From the IMG/VR virus record IMGVR_UViG_3300018036_000012, positions 1 through 53,064 of that record: DNA of 53,064 nucleotides. One strand, 5' to 3'. The position numbers and the translations under genes were made by a program. Of the stretch, positions 52,790 through 53,064 are shown one piece after another. The notes under the pieces are model-generated. The model worked only from the letters and a program-made list of their open reading frames with translations, had not been told where the DNA came from and did no database searches. Every line of letters begins with the position of its first letter. Within the stretch, counting starts at the first letter, position 1. The DNA is from a virus (taxonomy: Duplodnaviria; Caudoviricetes).

Positions 52790-53064
52790 AGGGCTGCAAA
52801 CCAGATAGTATGTGCAGGCAAGCATCGGGTCGCCAAGTTCGAACAAGGGTTTGTAGTAGAGAGTGACAAACCAGAAACCCTGAAACACCCAAAGCCGAAA
52901 GGTGAGTACGCTGTTAGGTCACTCAATAAGAGACCCGCACAAAGGTCTACCACTATCTTTGATAGGATACACGGATGTTTACGTGTTGAGGCAGGTTGAT
53001 CGCTGTCAAGGGAATTATTAGGGAACTAGGACAGGCTTCGGCTCCTCCTTGTGTATAGCCACAA
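52790..53064 (+). ncRNA. large unassigned structured RNA (may extend beyond the window)
   Basis: Nested long-range stems, GAAA and cUUCGg tetraloops, no credible ORF. Confidence 0.55.

Noticed and set aside
52597-52999. ORFs 52597-52791, 52687-52953(-) and 52745-52999
   Set aside because: They overlap tRNA-Gly and structured RNA, have no RBS and show no protein-like motifs
52790-53064. RNase P RNA, tmRNA or self-splicing intron assignment
   Set aside because: No GAGGAAAGUC/P4 motif, no tmRNA T-arm/CCA end or tag ORF, and no recognisable group I P7 or group II domain V within the window
1-53064. Stop-codon reassignment
   Set aside because: Genes tile fully in code 11 using TAA, TAG and TGA as stops; no suppressor tRNA seen
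1-53064. CRISPR array, diversity-generating retroelement, integrase or IS element
   Set aside because: No regularly spaced repeats, reverse transcriptase, recombinase or transposase motifs seen by eye; the 32787 nuclease lacks the Cas4 Fe-S cysteine set and any cas context

Overview
This 53 kb AT-rich window comes from a large tailed dsDNA phage, probably a distantly T4-related myovirus of a Gram-negative (likely proteobacterial) host. Genes are densely packed, mostly on the + strand, in the standard genetic code. In order it carries: (1) a ~10.4 kb glycan/nucleotide-sugar cluster; (2) small early genes and an AAA+ ATPase; (3) a replication block (UvsW helicase, clamp-loader-like subunit, a 187-aa minimal DnaE/PolIII-alpha core, primase, DnaB-type helicase) interrupted by SGNH-like, sulfotransferase-like and radical-SAM genes; (4) a late block of probable internal-head proteins with (I/L/V/F)-x-E processing motifs, including a Pol-beta nucleotidyltransferase/RNA-ligase-like fusion; (5) an exonuclease, a beta-helix tail protein, nrdA, nrdB, glutaredoxin and a PAAR protein; (6) a host-interface/proteostasis block (coiled-coil membrane protein, ClpX, a lipoprotein-autotransporter-like protein, Hsp20 with a ROSE-like leader, ClpS); (7) four tRNAs interleaved with several unexplained structured non-coding RNAs, one of them an anticodon-less tRNA mimic. 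Two promoter classes are visible: sigma70-type early (TTGACA-N17-TAnnnT) and T4-late-like (TAAATA core). Several transcripts look leaderless. All calls come from reading motifs by eye; no searches or folding programs were run.
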